Shown: one piece after another, positions 36,128-46,454 of the stretch | Layout: each line of letters opens with the position of its first letter | How positions within the stretch are numbered: position 1 is the first letter of the stretch | Source: Candidatus Taylorbacteria bacterium RIFCSPHIGHO2_12_FULL_45_16 | GTDB taxonomy: Bacteria > Patescibacteriota > Minisyncoccia > Phycocordibacterales > PALSA-1337 | NCBI GenBank assembly: GCA_001821055.1 | Contig: MHRT01000005.1 | Span: forward strand, 43,533 to 107,532 | Length of the DNA stretch: 64,000 nt | Direction of reading: 5' to 3' | Notes under the pieces: model-generated | Databases searched by the model: none | Told to the model about the DNA's origin: nothing | Seen by the model: the letters and a program-made list of their open reading frames with translations, nothing else | Program-made: the position numbers and the translations under genes

Positions 36128-37507
36128 CTACACCTTCTCAAACCCGCCGAAATCCGCCTTATCCATACTCAAGAATGTCGTTTTCTTGCTGTCGAAGAAG
36201 AGCTTGGCGATGCCGGTCGGACCATTGCGATGCTTTTCTATGAGAATCTCGGTCTCTTCTTTGCGGCCACCAGCATCGACGTCAGATTCACGGTGAATGA
36301 ACATGACTACATCGGCATCTTGTTCTATGGAACCCGAATCGCGCAAATCAGAGAGGCGGGGTTTACCGCCGCGTTGTTCGACGGCGCGGGAAAGTTGGGA
36401 AAGCGCCAGCACGGGAATCTCCAATTCTCGCGCCAAATTCTTTAGCGATCGTGAAATTTCGGTGACCTGTTGGACTAGATTATCCGAGCCACGCGCTTGT
36501 GTCGGCACCATCAATTGCAAGTAATCAACGATGATCAGACCAAGACCTTTTTCGTTTTTGAGACGACGGGCTACGGCACGCATCTTCAAAATATTGTTGC
36601 CGGCCTGATCGTCAATGAATATTGGCGCGTCCGACAATCGTCCGATGGCGTCGCCGATGGCCTTGAAGTCTCCTTCTACAGATAGGTTATGGCCGGTGCG
36701 AATCTTCCATGAATCAACTTGCGACTCGGCCGAGAGCATACGATCGACAAGCTGTTGGGAGCTCATTTCCAGAGAGAAAATCGCCACGGGAATCTTGTGA
36801 TTGACGGCGGTCTTGCGGGCGATGTCAAGCGCCAAGGATGTTTTACCCATGGAAGGGCGGGCGGCCAAGATTATCAAATCGGATTTTTGCAGGCCGGCGA
36901 GCTTGATATCAAGCTCGGGAAATCCTGTCGGTACGCCGCGAAGTTCGCCCTTGGTTTTGTGCAGGTGATCAAGGCGTTCCCACGCTTCGGAAAGTGTATC
37001 TTTGAGAGCCACAAACTTGTGTGAACCGGTTTTGTTGGTGACAGCGTAGAGGGACTTTTCCGCTTTTTCTAAAATGTCATGGAGCTCTGATTCCTCGTCA
37101 TAGCCAAGACCGGTAATCTCCTCGGCGGCACGGAGCAATTCACGCATGATATGTTTTTTCTGCACGATCTCGCCATAATGTTCCGCGTTGGTTGATGAGG
37201 GAACCGAATTGATGATTTCGGTCAAGTACGATAGGCCGCCGCTCTGCTCCAGTAAACCTTTTTCTTTGAGGCGCGCCGATACAGAAAGCATGTCAATCGG
37301 TGTTCCTTTGGTATGAAGTTCAAAGAGAGTCCCCCAGATGGCTTTGTGTTGATTTGAGTAGAATGATTTCTCGCTGACGATATCAACGATATCATATATG
37401 ACTTCGCCGCGTATCATGATTGACCCGAGCAGGGCTTTCTCAGCCTCAATATTCTGCGGCGGTATTTTCAATTCTTTGGTCTTGAAATAGGGCGAAGTGG
37501 TGCTCAT
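36128..37507 (-). CDS. dnaB: Replicative DNA helicase
   Basis: Walker A GARPSMGKTSLAL. DnaB motifs (IIVDYLQLM, SQLSR). TACAAT 6 nt upstream of the ATG. Confidence 0.9.
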   Translation of the reverse strand: MSTTSPYFKTKELKIPPQNIEAEKALLGSIMIRGEVIYDIVDIVSEKSFYSNQHKAIWGTLFELHTKGTPIDMLSVSARLKEKGLLEQSGGLSYLTEIINSVPSSTNAEHYGEIVQKKHIMRELLRAAEEITGLGYDEESELHDILEKAEKSLYAVTNKTGSHKFVALKDTLSEAWERLDHLHKTKGELRGVPTGFPELDIKLAGLQKSDLIILAARPSMGKTSLALDIARKTAVNHKIPVAIFSLEMSSQQLVDRMLSAESQVDSWKIRTGHNLSVEGDFKAIGDAIGRLSDAPIFIDDQAGNNILKMRAVARRLKNEKGLGLIIVDYLQLMVPTQARGSDNLVQQVTEISRSLKNLARELEIPVLALSQLSRAVEQRGGKPRLSDLRDSGSIEQDADVVMFIHRESDVDAGGRKEETEILIEKHRNGPTGIAKLFFDSKKTTFLSMDKADFGGFEKV

Positions 37508-37622
37508 GTGAAGATTGTAACATGGGTGATAGAATGGAAAAATATTATCAATTTAAAAAAGAGGGGAAAAGATGTGGAGAAATATATTAGCAGACTCCAC
37601 TTATTGTCAACTATATTAAGAT

Positions 37623-37645
37623 GACCCCGCGCACAGCGCGGGGTC
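37623..37645 (-). terminator. Candidate terminator hairpin (GACCCCGCGC-ACAG-CGCGGGGTC) downstream of the 37670..39604 gene
   Basis: Perfect 10 bp GC-rich stem. Confidence 0.4.
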
Positions 37646-37669
37646 GTTGAGTTTTCTATCGGTGGTCTT

Positions 37670-39604
37670 TTACCACCCGACAGGAGGTCGCCATTTGAAC
37701 CGATAGAATCGTTTCGAAGGATCCGTAATGACTACTGGGACCCATGTCAGCCGGTTGTTTCCGACTGCGATGTTTTCTTGGGTTGTGGTCCAAGTCGACA
37801 TATCTGTCGTTGCCAAAAGATCATAAGATGTTCCTGGAATCCCGCGCACACCTATCCAGTTTGTGCTTCCCAATTGCCCCGGTGGGGCGGTGTTCGGGGG
37901 TGCTGACAAAAAACTTTCGTCAACGGAATAACTTGTGGAAGGGCAGGAGCCGTATGGCCCAATCGCCGAAGGATAAACTTCTGGCCCAGATACTGGCCAC
38001 CAGTAAGCATTGGTATTGCCAGTGACTCTTTCGACGAAGAATGACTCTCCGCAAGCGAAGGTCGGCATGTCTGGAGCCCAAACATAGTTTGTCACATACC
38101 CAGTTCCTCCATCACCAATTGGAGGTATGTCACCAGCGTTGGTTGAGATGTTCACGCTATTGGTAGCGGTATAGGTGACCCACCCGCTGCTGTATTTGTG
38201 GATTTTGTCACCGATTCTGGCTGGAAACCCGGCTCCTGAACTTGACTTTGAAAACGGGAAAGACAGGATATTGTGACCGGAAGGACAATAAACAGTCAGT
38301 CCTCCAGCCAGCACTTGACCAGAGAATGTTACCTGGATGGCGTTGGCAGATGGATTGTAGAACAACCCCCCTTCCCCAGGGAGGAGAGCAATTGATTCAT
38401 CTGTCCAAGAAGTCCCGTCGAAGGAGTTGGTCACCCAAACCCCGTCGCCGTTGTCATACTTGGCAATATAGGTACTGGTGGCCGCGCCCTTGAAAATTGA
38501 GCCGACTCTTGGATCCCAAGGATCCAGTTGGTTGGCAACGAGACGCACCCCTTGGGCTGGTATGGTACATGTGTACCAACCAAATGTCGCGGAATAATCG
38601 TTGTTATCGATCCTCCTCACTCTGAAGAACAGATTGGTCCGACCATCAGGGTTGAAGTTTATTGTCTGAACGCCAATAGATGTTCCCGAGAAATTGTTGC
38701 CTTCAGTCTCCCAATTTCCGGTATCCAGACTTGTTCGTGATTCCAAAACCCCGCTGATTCCGTTACTGATACCAATGACCATAAGTTCGACGGATCCTTG
38801 GAAAGTCGCTCCAATGCCTCGAGGCAAATCTGCGTTCGGGACAAGGGTGATGTTCCTCATCTGCGTTCCGACAGTTTGCCTGTAGAAGGCGTCGGTGGCA
38901 GACCATCCAGAACTTCCGTTGTTGTGTATTGTCCACGATACTTTCGTGGCATTGGATCTCATCATCCCTCCTGGAGCGTTACTCCCGAATTGATAGAATG
39001 TGAATGCTACCCAGTTCGTCTCTGGGGCTACAGCCAAGGGCTGATAGAATATTGTCAGTTTTGACCCCTCAACGAGGTTATTGGTGCCTGACAACAGGCT
39101 GTCCATGTTCTTGAATGTTCTTGTCCCGTCTGGGTTTTCAGACATTCCGTGCCATGGACCGGCATTTGGTAGAAAGTTTCCCGCCGCCCAACTAATCGGG
39201 GGGATAGGATTGTCATCTCCAACGATTGTTCTGTTTTTGTCACCCGTTTTCCAGGTAAACAATTTGAGTCCTTGACCTTTGAGTTCAGTACCGATAGGAC
39301 CAATACCAAACCGTATTCCACCAGTTGGCGGAGAAAAACTGATTGCTGGGCTGTCTAGGAAGAAGAAGTTCGGCGGGAGAGGTCCAATGACCGGTGGCGG
39401 GGACATTCCCCACGGTGAGAAGTCAAGGGTATTGGTCTTCCCATCCCTGTTGGTCACTACGGTTGGTGGTACCACCGGTGGCATGTTGGACTTGACTATG
39501 TAGTATACTCCCACAAAGTTCGTCACTCCACTCGCTGTCTGCGGGGAAAAGGTACCCATCCAGACAATCACGGATGTCACCAATATTGCTATAGTTCTGT
39601 TCAT
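37670..39604 (-). CDS. Large secreted hypothetical protein (signal peptide, rich in Gly/Pro/Trp/Asn)
   Basis: N-terminal signal-like MNRTIAILVTSVIVWMGTFSPQTASG. 644 aa. No recognised catalytic motif. Confidence 0.5.
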   Translation of the reverse strand: MNRTIAILVTSVIVWMGTFSPQTASGVTNFVGVYYIVKSNMPPVVPPTVVTNRDGKTNTLDFSPWGMSPPPVIGPLPPNFFFLDSPAISFSPPTGGIRFGIGPIGTELKGQGLKLFTWKTGDKNRTIVGDDNPIPPISWAAGNFLPNAGPWHGMSENPDGTRTFKNMDSLLSGTNNLVEGSKLTIFYQPLAVAPETNWVAFTFYQFGSNAPGGMMRSNATKVSWTIHNNGSSGWSATDAFYRQTVGTQMRNITLVPNADLPRGIGATFQGSVELMVIGISNGISGVLESRTSLDTGNWETEGNNFSGTSIGVQTINFNPDGRTNLFFRVRRIDNNDYSATFGWYTCTIPAQGVRLVANQLDPWDPRVGSIFKGAATSTYIAKYDNGDGVWVTNSFDGTSWTDESIALLPGEGGLFYNPSANAIQVTFSGQVLAGGLTVYCPSGHNILSFPFSKSSSGAGFPARIGDKIHKYSSGWVTYTATNSVNISTNAGDIPPIGDGGTGYVTNYVWAPDMPTFACGESFFVERVTGNTNAYWWPVSGPEVYPSAIGPYGSCPSTSYSVDESFLSAPPNTAPPGQLGSTNWIGVRGIPGTSYDLLATTDMSTWTTTQENIAVGNNRLTWVPVVITDPSKRFYRFKWRPPVGW

Positions 39605-40379
39605 ACTTGTCTTGCCTGTTTCTGTTGACCTTCTGGTCTTCTTTGTTTTTTATCCCTATGATCATTGTCTTCACTGCCTGGGATATTCTGCAGTGATAAG
39701 ACTGGTTTGGACCCAATCTTTGACAAATAACATTATGATCCTGTCGGGTCATAATCTGAATAACACCCTAACAACAAGTAATAATAATGTCAACATTTGA
39801 CATTATTATTTGTTTATGCTAGCATATGGAACAGTTTAGTCACCCAAGCAAAACGTTTGGGCGTGAAATTTAGTTTTGGTTACAAAGTTATGAGAAATAT
39901 GACATCAGCACATCAAGGTCATCGCGGACATTGGGTCAGGCGCCGCCACTCGTCCCAAAGGGAGAGGACGAATCCAAAGGTTATCCTCTTCATTGTGGGG
40001 TGCATCATCGTCGCGGCCCTGATCTACCAGCTTGCTCAAGCGGTTGAGCAGCTCAAGATCATGAATGAGTTGAGTTCGGGTGGAGGCTCAATTCGTTTCT
40101 AATTGGGACCCAACAACTCCACCAGCCGTCACTCGCGCCTCCATTGTGGGGCGCGTTTTTATTGGACCTAGGTCTCAACTTCAGCAAAACTTTATCGCTT
40201 CTTCAGCGTTTCTTTATCGCTCTTTGATATGGTGTGTCCATTATTAGTAATTATATAACAATATGAATACACACAAAGTCTCATTTAGAAGGATTGCCTA
40301 TCCGCCAAAGATTCGTTCAGTTGCAAAATTTCATTACAAACGCATATCAAAGCACGCATTGAAAGCATATATACCTCGT

Positions 40380-40841
40380 ATGGTTCGATCAGCCGGATTT
40401 ACGCTTATTGAGATTCTAGTCGTCATCGGTATCATCGCCATACTTGCTGCCGTAGTCTTGGTCGCGGTCAATCCGTCTCGCCAATTCAAGCTTGCTCGTG
40501 ATTCGCAAAGAACCAGTAATGTCAATGCCATCTTAAATGCCATACATCAAAATATATCAGAGCACAAAGGAAGTTTCGTCTGCAATGGCGTCGTCAGGGC
40601 AATACCCTCAGTCGCCACTCTCATGGAAAGCAGCGATACGCCCGATGATCCGAAAGATGTCGCGTCATGCCTAGTGCCTGATTATCTTTCCGCGCTTCCG
40701 TTTGATCCTTCCATTGTCGGTGCCCATTTTGTCAGCATCACGGATTACAACACGGGTTATGAGTTCTTCCGTGATGACAATGGGCGTATTACAGCAAGTT
40801 CGACTGGTGAATTAATTCCGACCATATCGGTGACGAGGTGA
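40380..40841 (+). CDS. Type IV pilin-like protein (prepilin-type N-terminal cleavage/methylation domain)
   Basis: RSAGFTLIEILVVIGIIAILAAVVLVAV is a class III signal peptide (G|FTLIE). Start placed at the internal ATG. Confidence 0.7.
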   Translation: MVRSAGFTLIEILVVIGIIAILAAVVLVAVNPSRQFKLARDSQRTSNVNAILNAIHQNISEHKGSFVCNGVVRAIPSVATLMESSDTPDDPKDVASCLVPDYLSALPFDPSIVGAHFVSITDYNTGYEFFRDDNGRITASSTGELIPTISVTR

Positions 40842-40865
40842 TTGAGTCATGGTACGATGTAGAAG

Positions 40866-41897
40866 ATGCATATCAAACATCACTTCTTGCTTCTTGTATG
40901 TGGATGTCTCGCGCTTGTCGGCATATCCGCTTTGATGGTCCAGCAGACTGATCCCGGACCTGAATCGGAGATATTGACGCCGGCGACCGTGGCTGGTGTG
41001 GATGTTCCACAAGTTGATGCGGCATTTATCGATGGTTTGATCGAGACCGTGCCCAAAATGCCGGCAAAGATTGCAAGTGACGACATCGCCGGATTGACGG
41101 CCAGAGCCTACCTTGTAGGAAATATAAAAACGGGAAAAATTTATCTAGAAAAAAATAGCTCGCGCGTATTGCCGGTCGCTTCAATGTCAAAGCTCGTCAC
41201 AGCGTTTGTGGCGACAGATATGATGAGTTCAACGACGGTGATCGCCATATCGACGAGTACATTGGTGGTACCGCCGGATTCTAGCAATCTCACGTTGAAT
41301 GAGCGCTTTACTTTGCAGGAAATACTCCAACCACTTTTGTTGAGCTCGTCTAACATCGCCGCGGAAGCGATCGCAACCGCCACAGACCGCGTGACATTCA
41401 TGGAGATGATGAGTAGTTATGCCTGGGAAGTCGGCATGCCGCAAAGTTTCTTTGCTGATCCTTCTGGTGTCAGTCCAAACAATACAGCTTCGGCACGGGA
41501 TTTATTCGGACTATCAAAATATCTTGTCATGTATCGGTCTGATATTTTGAGAATAACGCGTACGGCCGTTGCTTCGATTTCTACCACCACCGAACATGGT
41601 GGCCACACATTCACTAGCACACACCCATTCGTCAATGATCCACGATTTATCGGTGGCAAAACGGGTCGTACCGAAGAAGCCGGTGAAACCATGATGACGA
41701 TACTTAACATCGGCAATGAACCAATAGTATTCATAATCTTGGGATCAAGATACGGTGCGCGTGAAAGCGATACGCGGATTTTAATTAAAGAATTTGAAAA
41801 GCACCTCTATTCCGCGAGCCAGCTTCTGATGAGCGTTTTTGTTTCTTCCGGATTTTTGACTGAAATACAATCGACACCAGTTGCTTTGGCCGGGTAG
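40866..41897 (+). CDS. D-alanyl-D-alanine carboxypeptidase (S11, PBP5-like)
   Basis: SxxK (SMSK), SxN (SSSN) and KTG (GGKTGRT) motifs. N-terminal TM/signal segment. The 3' end overlaps a convergent gene by about 90 nt, so the true stop may be earlier. Confidence 0.75.
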   Translation: MHIKHHFLLLVCGCLALVGISALMVQQTDPGPESEILTPATVAGVDVPQVDAAFIDGLIETVPKMPAKIASDDIAGLTARAYLVGNIKTGKIYLEKNSSRVLPVASMSKLVTAFVATDMMSSTTVIAISTSTLVVPPDSSNLTLNERFTLQEILQPLLLSSSNIAAEAIATATDRVTFMEMMSSYAWEVGMPQSFFADPSGVSPNNTASARDLFGLSKYLVMYRSDILRITRTAVASISTTTEHGGHTFTSTHPFVNDPRFIGGKTGRTEEAGETMMTILNIGNEPIVFIILGSRYGARESDTRILIKEFEKHLYSASQLLMSVFVSSGFLTEIQSTPVALAG

Positions 41898-42562
41898 TCG
41901 TTCCCTCCAGGAAAAAGCGCGTCGCCGACAAAGACGATATCGTCGGGGGTCATGTGTAGGAATTCTTCCAGTTTGCGAATACCATAAGCTTTATTGACCC
42001 CTTTTTTGGTGATGTCAATGGATGTGCTTCCGCCGACGCGCACGTCAAATTCCGGTATCTTGGGCTGTAAAAATGAGACAATATTTTCCCGTTTTTTTCT
42101 CGTAGGATCCCAGGCGACTTTTTCTGCAATGGGCGCTTGCTGACCTAACGCGGAAAAGGTGATTTGTGAGCCGCGGTCCTCAATGATTGTTCCGTAGACT
42201 CTGGTCGGTTGGATATAGTCGGCTTGTTTGAGAGCCGAGTTGAGTGATGTCATGATTTTTTCTTTTTCTTTTGGCGAGAGGTGTTCGGCGTATTGTTCAT
42301 TCCATGTTCCGCGCCATGTGTACAGACGAGTGCCGGATGTGGGCACGAGAAACAAATTGCTGAAGTTGTTCTCCCCGACGGGAAACGCGTTCAATATCTG
42401 CGTTTGAAATTGCGGATAGCCTCCACCTGAAATGATGGCGACTTTCTTGATGGCGATAAGTTTCTGTAGAAGTTTGCCGATTTCAGGATCAAGCGGACAC
42501 TTGCTTCTTCCCAGAGTGCCGTCAAGGTCAAAGATTATTAGTTTTTTGGAATATGCTACCAT
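41807..42562 (-). CDS. HAD-IIB family sugar-phosphate phosphatase (Cof / mannosyl-3-phosphoglycerate phosphatase-like)
   Basis: Motif I IIFDLDGTL. HAD-IIB cap and C-terminal GD motif. Confidence 0.65.
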   Translation of the reverse strand: MVAYSKKLIIFDLDGTLGRSKCPLDPEIGKLLQKLIAIKKVAIISGGGYPQFQTQILNAFPVGENNFSNLFLVPTSGTRLYTWRGTWNEQYAEHLSPKEKEKIMTSLNSALKQADYIQPTRVYGTIIEDRGSQITFSALGQQAPIAEKVAWDPTRKKRENIVSFLQPKIPEFDVRVGGSTSIDITKKGVNKAYGIRKLEEFLHMTPDDIVFVGDALFPGGNDYPAKATGVDCISVKNPEETKTLIRSWLAE

Positions 42563-42580
42563 TGCAGATAAGTCTTTATG

Positions 42581-44467
42581 CTAAATCTTAAGCATGGCCA
42601 ATAATTCAACAAGCTTGATGGTAGCGACGCCAACCACGCTGTCGGCGCCTCCATAATAAATGTATACGACGCCTCCTCGCACAACCAGACCACACGGAAA
42701 AACCACATTTTGGATACTGCCGAGACGTTCATAGTCTTCTTCTGGTTCAAAAAAGGGGATTGCCGTGCGCGCCAAAACTATCGTCGGATCCTCAAAATCA
42801 AGAAGTATGGCTCCGACGCGATATATTGCGCTCCACGAGACGCCATGATACAGCATAAGCCAGCCCTTTGGGGTTCTTACCGGCGGTGTCGAGATACCAA
42901 CCTTGAGGCCATCCCACATGCCCTTGCGTGGTGATAACATTTCTATACAGCGCGTGATTTTTTCTCGTGAGAAGTCCAACGAAGCGATAAAATCCGCGCA
43001 AATACTTTCGTGTACCCTATGGAAGACAAGATATTTTTCGTTGACGGCCTCGGGGAGAATGGTGGCGTCTTTATTGTCCACATCCATGGGCGTGATAATC
43101 TCTGGCGCTCTCCAAGCGCTCCATTTTTTCTTGAGGAATTCATCGCTACCGATGGAGGTTACCGCTACGCGTGGCACTATACCGTCATACGCGGTATATG
43201 TCATGAAAATACGTCTATCAATGAGTATGACGCGTGGATCTTCACAGCCGCGAAGCTCAAACTCAAGACGAGGCCGGTAGATTGGTTTGTTTGATCGTTC
43301 GTCTATGCTAAATCCGTCGCTTGATGACGCGTATCCAATACTCGAAATATTGTCATCTGATACCGCACGATATAAAATGTGAGTTTTATTTCCTAAATCT
43401 ATGGCGGCGGGATTGAATGTGCCTCTAGCTTCCCAAAGGACACCAGCTCTAGGGGCGATGATTGGATTGCCTTTAAAGCGGCGCAGTGGAGACTGATTAT
43501 TCATATTGATATTGAGGCCATTCAATAAAGAATCAAGTGGGATGGTTGCGACGGCGCCATAGGAATCCGCGGCACCATAATAAATTTCAAGGTGTTCACC
43601 ACGGATGAGCGCGCCTGAAGGGAATATTGTGTGTGGCACCTGTCCGACATGTTCATAATACGCTTCGGGCACCATGAAAGGGCCTTTCGTACTCCCGATG
43701 ATTTTTTTTGGATCTTGCGCGTCAAGTAATAGCGTTTCAATGCCGAAAACATGGTCTGGCCGGTCATATCGTTGTATATGAGAATAGACAAAGAGCCATC
43801 CTTTATCTGTCTTTACTGGCACGGCACCCAATTCAATATGATCATCAAGGCGTCTGCGGATATTCAGTTTGTGCTCGTCAAGATTTTTGTACCATTCATT
43901 CCAATAATCGGCCGACCAGATATCTTCCGGCTTATTGAATTCAATGAAGCAAATGTCGGAAGGTTTGCGGTCGGTATTTACGGTGACGAGTGCGGCAAGC
44001 TTGCCATTTATTTTTTCCGGGAAAAGAGCCATAGCTTTGGCGTTGAACGGCGTGACCAAGTGTTTCTCCGTGATAGTCTTCAAGTCCTCACTCAGAGCAA
44101 CGGCAACTTTTATGTTGTCAACTGAAAACGGATATCCACCAAGTCCGGTATAGAAAATGTAATAGGTCTTGCCGATTTTGGTTACGCGCGGATCTTCACA
44201 GCCGTAACGATCAAAATCCGCGTCGGGAGAAATCAAGATTGAGCGATTTTCATAGTGGACGCCGTCTTTTGAATCGGCTCGCGCGATGACGGACATGCGT
44301 ATGTGCGGCTCTTTGAGAAGTTCCGGGTCCGACATGGCCCGATATACAAGCGTAGTTTTGCGTCCTTGAATAATCGGACAAGGATTGAAAGCGGCCGCCG
44401 ATTCCCATGAATGTTCTCGGAGCGGAGAGAGTATCGGATTATGTAGGAAGCGGGTGACTGTAAACAT
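42581..44467 (-). CDS. Tandem-domain GH130 (DUF377) glycoside phosphorylase/hydrolase-like protein
   Basis: Two repeats of the GH130 signature (NPILSP...ESAAAFNPCPI...LVYRA and NPIIAPRAGVLWEARGTFNPAAI...ILYRA). GCEDPRV motifs in both halves. Confidence 0.75.
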   Translation of the reverse strand: MFTVTRFLHNPILSPLREHSWESAAAFNPCPIIQGRKTTLVYRAMSDPELLKEPHIRMSVIARADSKDGVHYENRSILISPDADFDRYGCEDPRVTKIGKTYYIFYTGLGGYPFSVDNIKVAVALSEDLKTITEKHLVTPFNAKAMALFPEKINGKLAALVTVNTDRKPSDICFIEFNKPEDIWSADYWNEWYKNLDEHKLNIRRRLDDHIELGAVPVKTDKGWLFVYSHIQRYDRPDHVFGIETLLLDAQDPKKIIGSTKGPFMVPEAYYEHVGQVPHTIFPSGALIRGEHLEIYYGAADSYGAVATIPLDSLLNGLNINMNNQSPLRRFKGNPIIAPRAGVLWEARGTFNPAAIDLGNKTHILYRAVSDDNISSIGYASSSDGFSIDERSNKPIYRPRLEFELRGCEDPRVILIDRRIFMTYTAYDGIVPRVAVTSIGSDEFLKKKWSAWRAPEIITPMDVDNKDATILPEAVNEKYLVFHRVHESICADFIASLDFSREKITRCIEMLSPRKGMWDGLKVGISTPPVRTPKGWLMLYHGVSWSAIYRVGAILLDFEDPTIVLARTAIPFFEPEEDYERLGSIQNVVFPCGLVVRGGVVYIYYGGADSVVGVATIKLVELLAMLKI

Positions 44468-44479
44468 CGAAATAGTATA

Positions 44480-45634
44480 TCACACGACATTTTCTTGACC
44501 GGTATGTTTGCCGTATGTCACCAACCAATCCAACAAAACATCAAGTGGAGTTTGTGCTATGCAGACATGCCTATCGCCACCGCCGTAATAGACGAGCAAT
44601 TGGCCGTCGCGTACGATGGCGCCAGATGCATAAACAATGCCCGGTTTGCCATCGTTCTCATAGCACATGTCCGGAGTCAGTATCGGTTCCGGCGCGCGAT
44701 ACAAGATTCGCGTCGGGTCGTTGGCATCCAAGATCATCGCGCCAAGTTTGTATTTGTGAAATTCTTTTCTATCCACTGCGTGATACAAAAGCAACCAACC
44801 TCGGTTGGTTTTTATCGGCGGTGGACCGGCACCACGCAAGATATTATCCCAAAATCCTTCACGGCCGGGTTGAGGCCCTTGCGGACGGGAGCTCTTGATG
44901 TGAGGAAATGTCTCATCCAAATCGTCCACGTATTCAATCATTATTTTCGGAACAATACCATGCAATATGGCGTATTTACCATTGACTTTTTCTGGAAAAA
45001 GTACCCAGTTTTTGTGGACTTCGTCGGGAGGCGATATGAGTCTAGGCTTCTTCCAATTCCACCGCTCTTTTTTCAAATCTTTGACGGCGATTGAGGTAAG
45101 TCCGATGCGTACCGAACCCCAGCCTTGGAAAGCGGTATAAGTCATGTAAACGCGACTGCCGATTTTCACGGCACGAGGATCTTCGTGGCCACCCCAGCCG
45201 CCGCCGGATGTGTATATGGCGGGATTGTATTGAGCGGGACCTGAAGATTTTTTTTCAGAGGGATTTTTTTCTTCAACATGTGGCTGATATACTGGGAAAG
45301 GCGAACGCCTATCAAAGTTCATGCCGTCTATGCTTGAGGCGTGTCCGATATTAGAAAGTCCGTTGTTTCCGATTGCCCGATACAGCAGATGAACGCGTCC
45401 CTCATCGTCTTCTATCGCCGTCGGATTGAATGTGCCGTTGGTTTCCCATTCTTGATGTGGTCGCGGTGACATTATGGGATTCGCGTGGTGGCGTTTTATC
45501 TTATGACTAACAGGAGCGTCGCCTTCCTCCCGTTTTTTTCTTAACAAAATAAGATAACAGACAATTCCGATGACGATTACTATCGCAAGAGACAGTGCGG
45601 TGACAAATATGATGTGGTCAGTTGTAATGTTCAT
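44480..45634 (-). CDS. GH130 (DUF377) beta-mannoside phosphorylase-like protein with an N-terminal TM anchor
   Basis: TM helix followed by NPIMSP...GTFNPTAI...LLYRA, and HEDPRAV. Confidence 0.75.
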   Translation of the reverse strand: MNITTDHIIFVTALSLAIVIVIGIVCYLILLRKKREEGDAPVSHKIKRHHANPIMSPRPHQEWETNGTFNPTAIEDDEGRVHLLYRAIGNNGLSNIGHASSIDGMNFDRRSPFPVYQPHVEEKNPSEKKSSGPAQYNPAIYTSGGGWGGHEDPRAVKIGSRVYMTYTAFQGWGSVRIGLTSIAVKDLKKERWNWKKPRLISPPDEVHKNWVLFPEKVNGKYAILHGIVPKIMIEYVDDLDETFPHIKSSRPQGPQPGREGFWDNILRGAGPPPIKTNRGWLLLYHAVDRKEFHKYKLGAMILDANDPTRILYRAPEPILTPDMCYENDGKPGIVYASGAIVRDGQLLVYYGGGDRHVCIAQTPLDVLLDWLVTYGKHTGQENVV

Positions 45635-45666
45635 TGGTGTTCTGCGTAAAAATATTTAAGACAAAT

Positions 45667-46020
45667 TTAAGTGATTCTACCGTACTTGTCTTCCAGTCTT
45701 ATTATGTCTTTCTCGTCAAATTCTCCGAATGACAGTTCGAGGATGATCAACTCCATCACGCCACCCATAAGACGATGGTTTATTCCTTTTGGCACAAATT
45801 GATCCACTCCGGCTTTGAGCGATACGTGATCATTGTCAACGATGGCGGTGCCGTCGCCTGAGATAACATGCCAGAACTCATCGCGATTACGATGATACTG
45901 CAAACTCAATTCTTCGTGGGGTTTGATACTCAAGATTTTCACCATTGACGGTCTGTCGTTGGAAACCCAAAGTTCCTCTCCCCATGGTCGCTCTTCGCGA
46001 TATGGTTTAGGGGTTTGCAT
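45667..46020 (-). CDS. Cupin-domain protein (mannose-6-phosphate isomerase type II C-terminal domain-like)
   Basis: Cupin motifs (HEELSLQYHRNRDEFWHVISG...VPKGINHR). Confidence 0.6.
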   Translation of the reverse strand: MQTPKPYREERPWGEELWVSNDRPSMVKILSIKPHEELSLQYHRNRDEFWHVISGDGTAIVDNDHVSLKAGVDQFVPKGINHRLMGGVMELIILELSFGEFDEKDIIRLEDKYGRIT

Positions 46021-46418
46021 GGCTTTATGTACACCTCATTATACTACAAATATGGGCCTTTAAATTGGTGTTTTATATGTGTATAACTTTTGCGGCTTAT
46101 TTTAAGCATTTTTTGATATAATGGGCACATGGAAACAGTGGTTCTAATAATTATAGTTTTTGCGATTCTTTTTTACAGTTCTCGTCCGAAATCAGATAAA
46201 AAAGAAGTCGGTAAAGGCGATAGAAATAAGGAGGTGAAACGATAAGATGAAGTTCGTATCTAATTTCTTGGCTCCGCGTTGCGAATGAAATATCTACCTA
46301 CTTTAAGACCACAAAGGAGTACCATTACATCTCAAATCTAAAGGATGGTATCTACGAACTTACTCGGCCGACAAGCGAGCAGTTAACAAGGGTTTAAGAG
46401 ATGTTGGCATCTGTCCAT

Positions 46419-46448
46419 TTGACATCCTATACCCCCTAGGGGTATCAT
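46419..46448 (+). promoter_or_regulatory. csoR-cop promoter (TTGACA-18-TATCAT) overlapping a near-perfect palindrome, ATACCCCCTAGGGGTAT (46429-46445), taken to be the CsoR operator
   Basis: Core CCCCTAGGGG is a perfect palindrome flanked by ATAC/GTAT. It resembles known GC-rich CsoR operators. ATG at 46455, 6 nt after the -10. Confidence 0.6.
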
Positions 46449-46454
46449 GTAGGC

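Noticed and set aside
40866-42562. A 90 nt convergent overlap between the D-Ala-D-Ala carboxypeptidase ORF and the HAD-IIB ORF, considered as a possible frameshift or fusion
   Set aside because: Both ORFs are complete, with their conserved motifs intact. The overlap is most simply explained by the true carboxypeptidase stop being the given one with a non-conserved tail, or by a benign convergent overlap. There is no evidence of a pseudogene.
46130-46246. 38 aa hydrophobic small ORF (METVVLIIIVFAILFYSS...) in the 430 nt spacer upstream of csoR
   Set aside because: It is short, has no RBS or promoter support, and lies in an AT-rich spacer. It could be a small membrane peptide but is indistinguishable from chance.
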